Source: Octopus bimaculoides (lineage: Eukaryota). From it: DNA of 33,466 nt. Positions 32,653 to 33,466 of the stretch are shown here, one piece after another. Where the stretch lies: positions 43,724,360 through 43,757,825 of the forward strand of contig NC_068985.1 of assembly GCF_001194135.2 (NCBI RefSeq), given 5' to 3'. Position 1 is the stretch's first letter. Each line of letters begins with the position of its first letter. The notes beneath the pieces are model-generated. The model searched no databases. It was not told where the DNA came from and saw nothing but the letters and a program-made list of their open reading frames with translations. A program made the position numbers and the translations under genes.

Positions 32653-32994
32653 AAGACACAACTTTCGTCTTCCTTCCAATCAAGTACGAATGAGAATAAA
32701 TAAATAAATAAATAAATACACTGATGATGTGCAAACTGAATATTTAATCTAGTTGATATAAATAATATAATATACTATAATATAATATACATCATCAACG
32801 GTCGTTAACGGATGATGACGATATATAGAAATTTATATTATATTATATTATATTATATTATATTATCTCATATTATATTATGTTATATATATCGACTATG
32901 ACTAAATGTTCAGTTTGAACGCCATCAGTGTATTTATTCATTTATTTATTCTCATTAGTTGCTGATTGGAGGGAGGGCAGAAGTTGTGTGTCTT
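32653..32994. repeat. Fold-back palindrome (~340 bp)
   Basis: 32653-32760 aligns to the reverse complement of 32888-32994. The inner (TATAA)n and (TTATA)n tracts are complementary. The apex is catcatc...gatgatg (32790-32817). Confidence 0.9.
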
Positions 32995-33234
32995 ATTGTG
33001 TAGCAGCGGTTTGTCAAGGTCATGGAGTTTGCTTGATATCATTAATATTACTTATAGTAATATCAATATATTCCTCTTGTGGCAGCAGATGGTATTAAAC
33101 GGCTGGATACAAACGTCGCTTATTCTATAGTTATATATATTGTGTCTATATTTATAATGTTTGTTAAAAATGTCTTGTATTGAATTATTACTTTGATGAT
33201 ATTAACATAAAATTACACATTTATTCTTTTCTTT

Positions 33235-33466
33235 TATTTATTTATTTCATTAGATTGCGGCCACGCTGGTGCACCGCCTTGAAGAATTTTTAGTCGAATG
33301 AATCGACCCAACTACTTTTTTTTTTAAAGCTTGATACTTATTCTATCGGACTCCTTGGCTGAACCGCTAATTTAAGGGACGTAAACACACCAACACCAGT
33401 TGTCAAGCGGTAGCGGGGGCAAAGACAGACACAAAGACATACACATGTATATATATATATATATAT
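33235..33466 (-). mobile_element. SINE family B, 3' half, running to the window end
   Basis: gattgcggccacgctggtgcaccgccttgaag..aatcgaccc..gaaccgctaa..gttgtcaagcgg. Confidence 0.88.

Noticed and set aside
1-33466. CRISPR array, rRNA, snRNA, intact tRNA
   Set aside because: No constant-repeat/unique-spacer pattern and no recognisable structural RNA signature; the periodic sequences are diverged eukaryotic tandem repeats.

Overview
AT-rich, gap-containing eukaryotic scaffold. The repeat families and microsatellite load suggest an octopus/cephalopod genome (inference from remembered consensus sequences). I found no recognisable intact host gene, rRNA or CRISPR array. The window is intergenic or intronic DNA dominated by: three SINE-like families (called A, B and C here, about 25 copies), a full-length decayed mariner (28987-30256), an internally deleted mariner that keeps an open DNA-binding ORF (12700-13159), Helitron-like termini, a hAT-like MITE, decayed LINE remnants (CR1/L2-group, RTE), a probable Merlin/IS1595-like transposase fossil, a tRNA-like pseudogene, minisatellites and microsatellites. 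The most unexpected signal is a set of fold-back inverted repeats not explained by known TEs: two long ones (31915-32198, 32653-32994), a 25-bp-stem hairpin (23197-23255) and several shorter palindromes. Family names come from motif recognition without database searches. Most ORFs in the supplied track are artefacts of N gaps and microsatellites. I cannot claim a new biological system from sequence alone.
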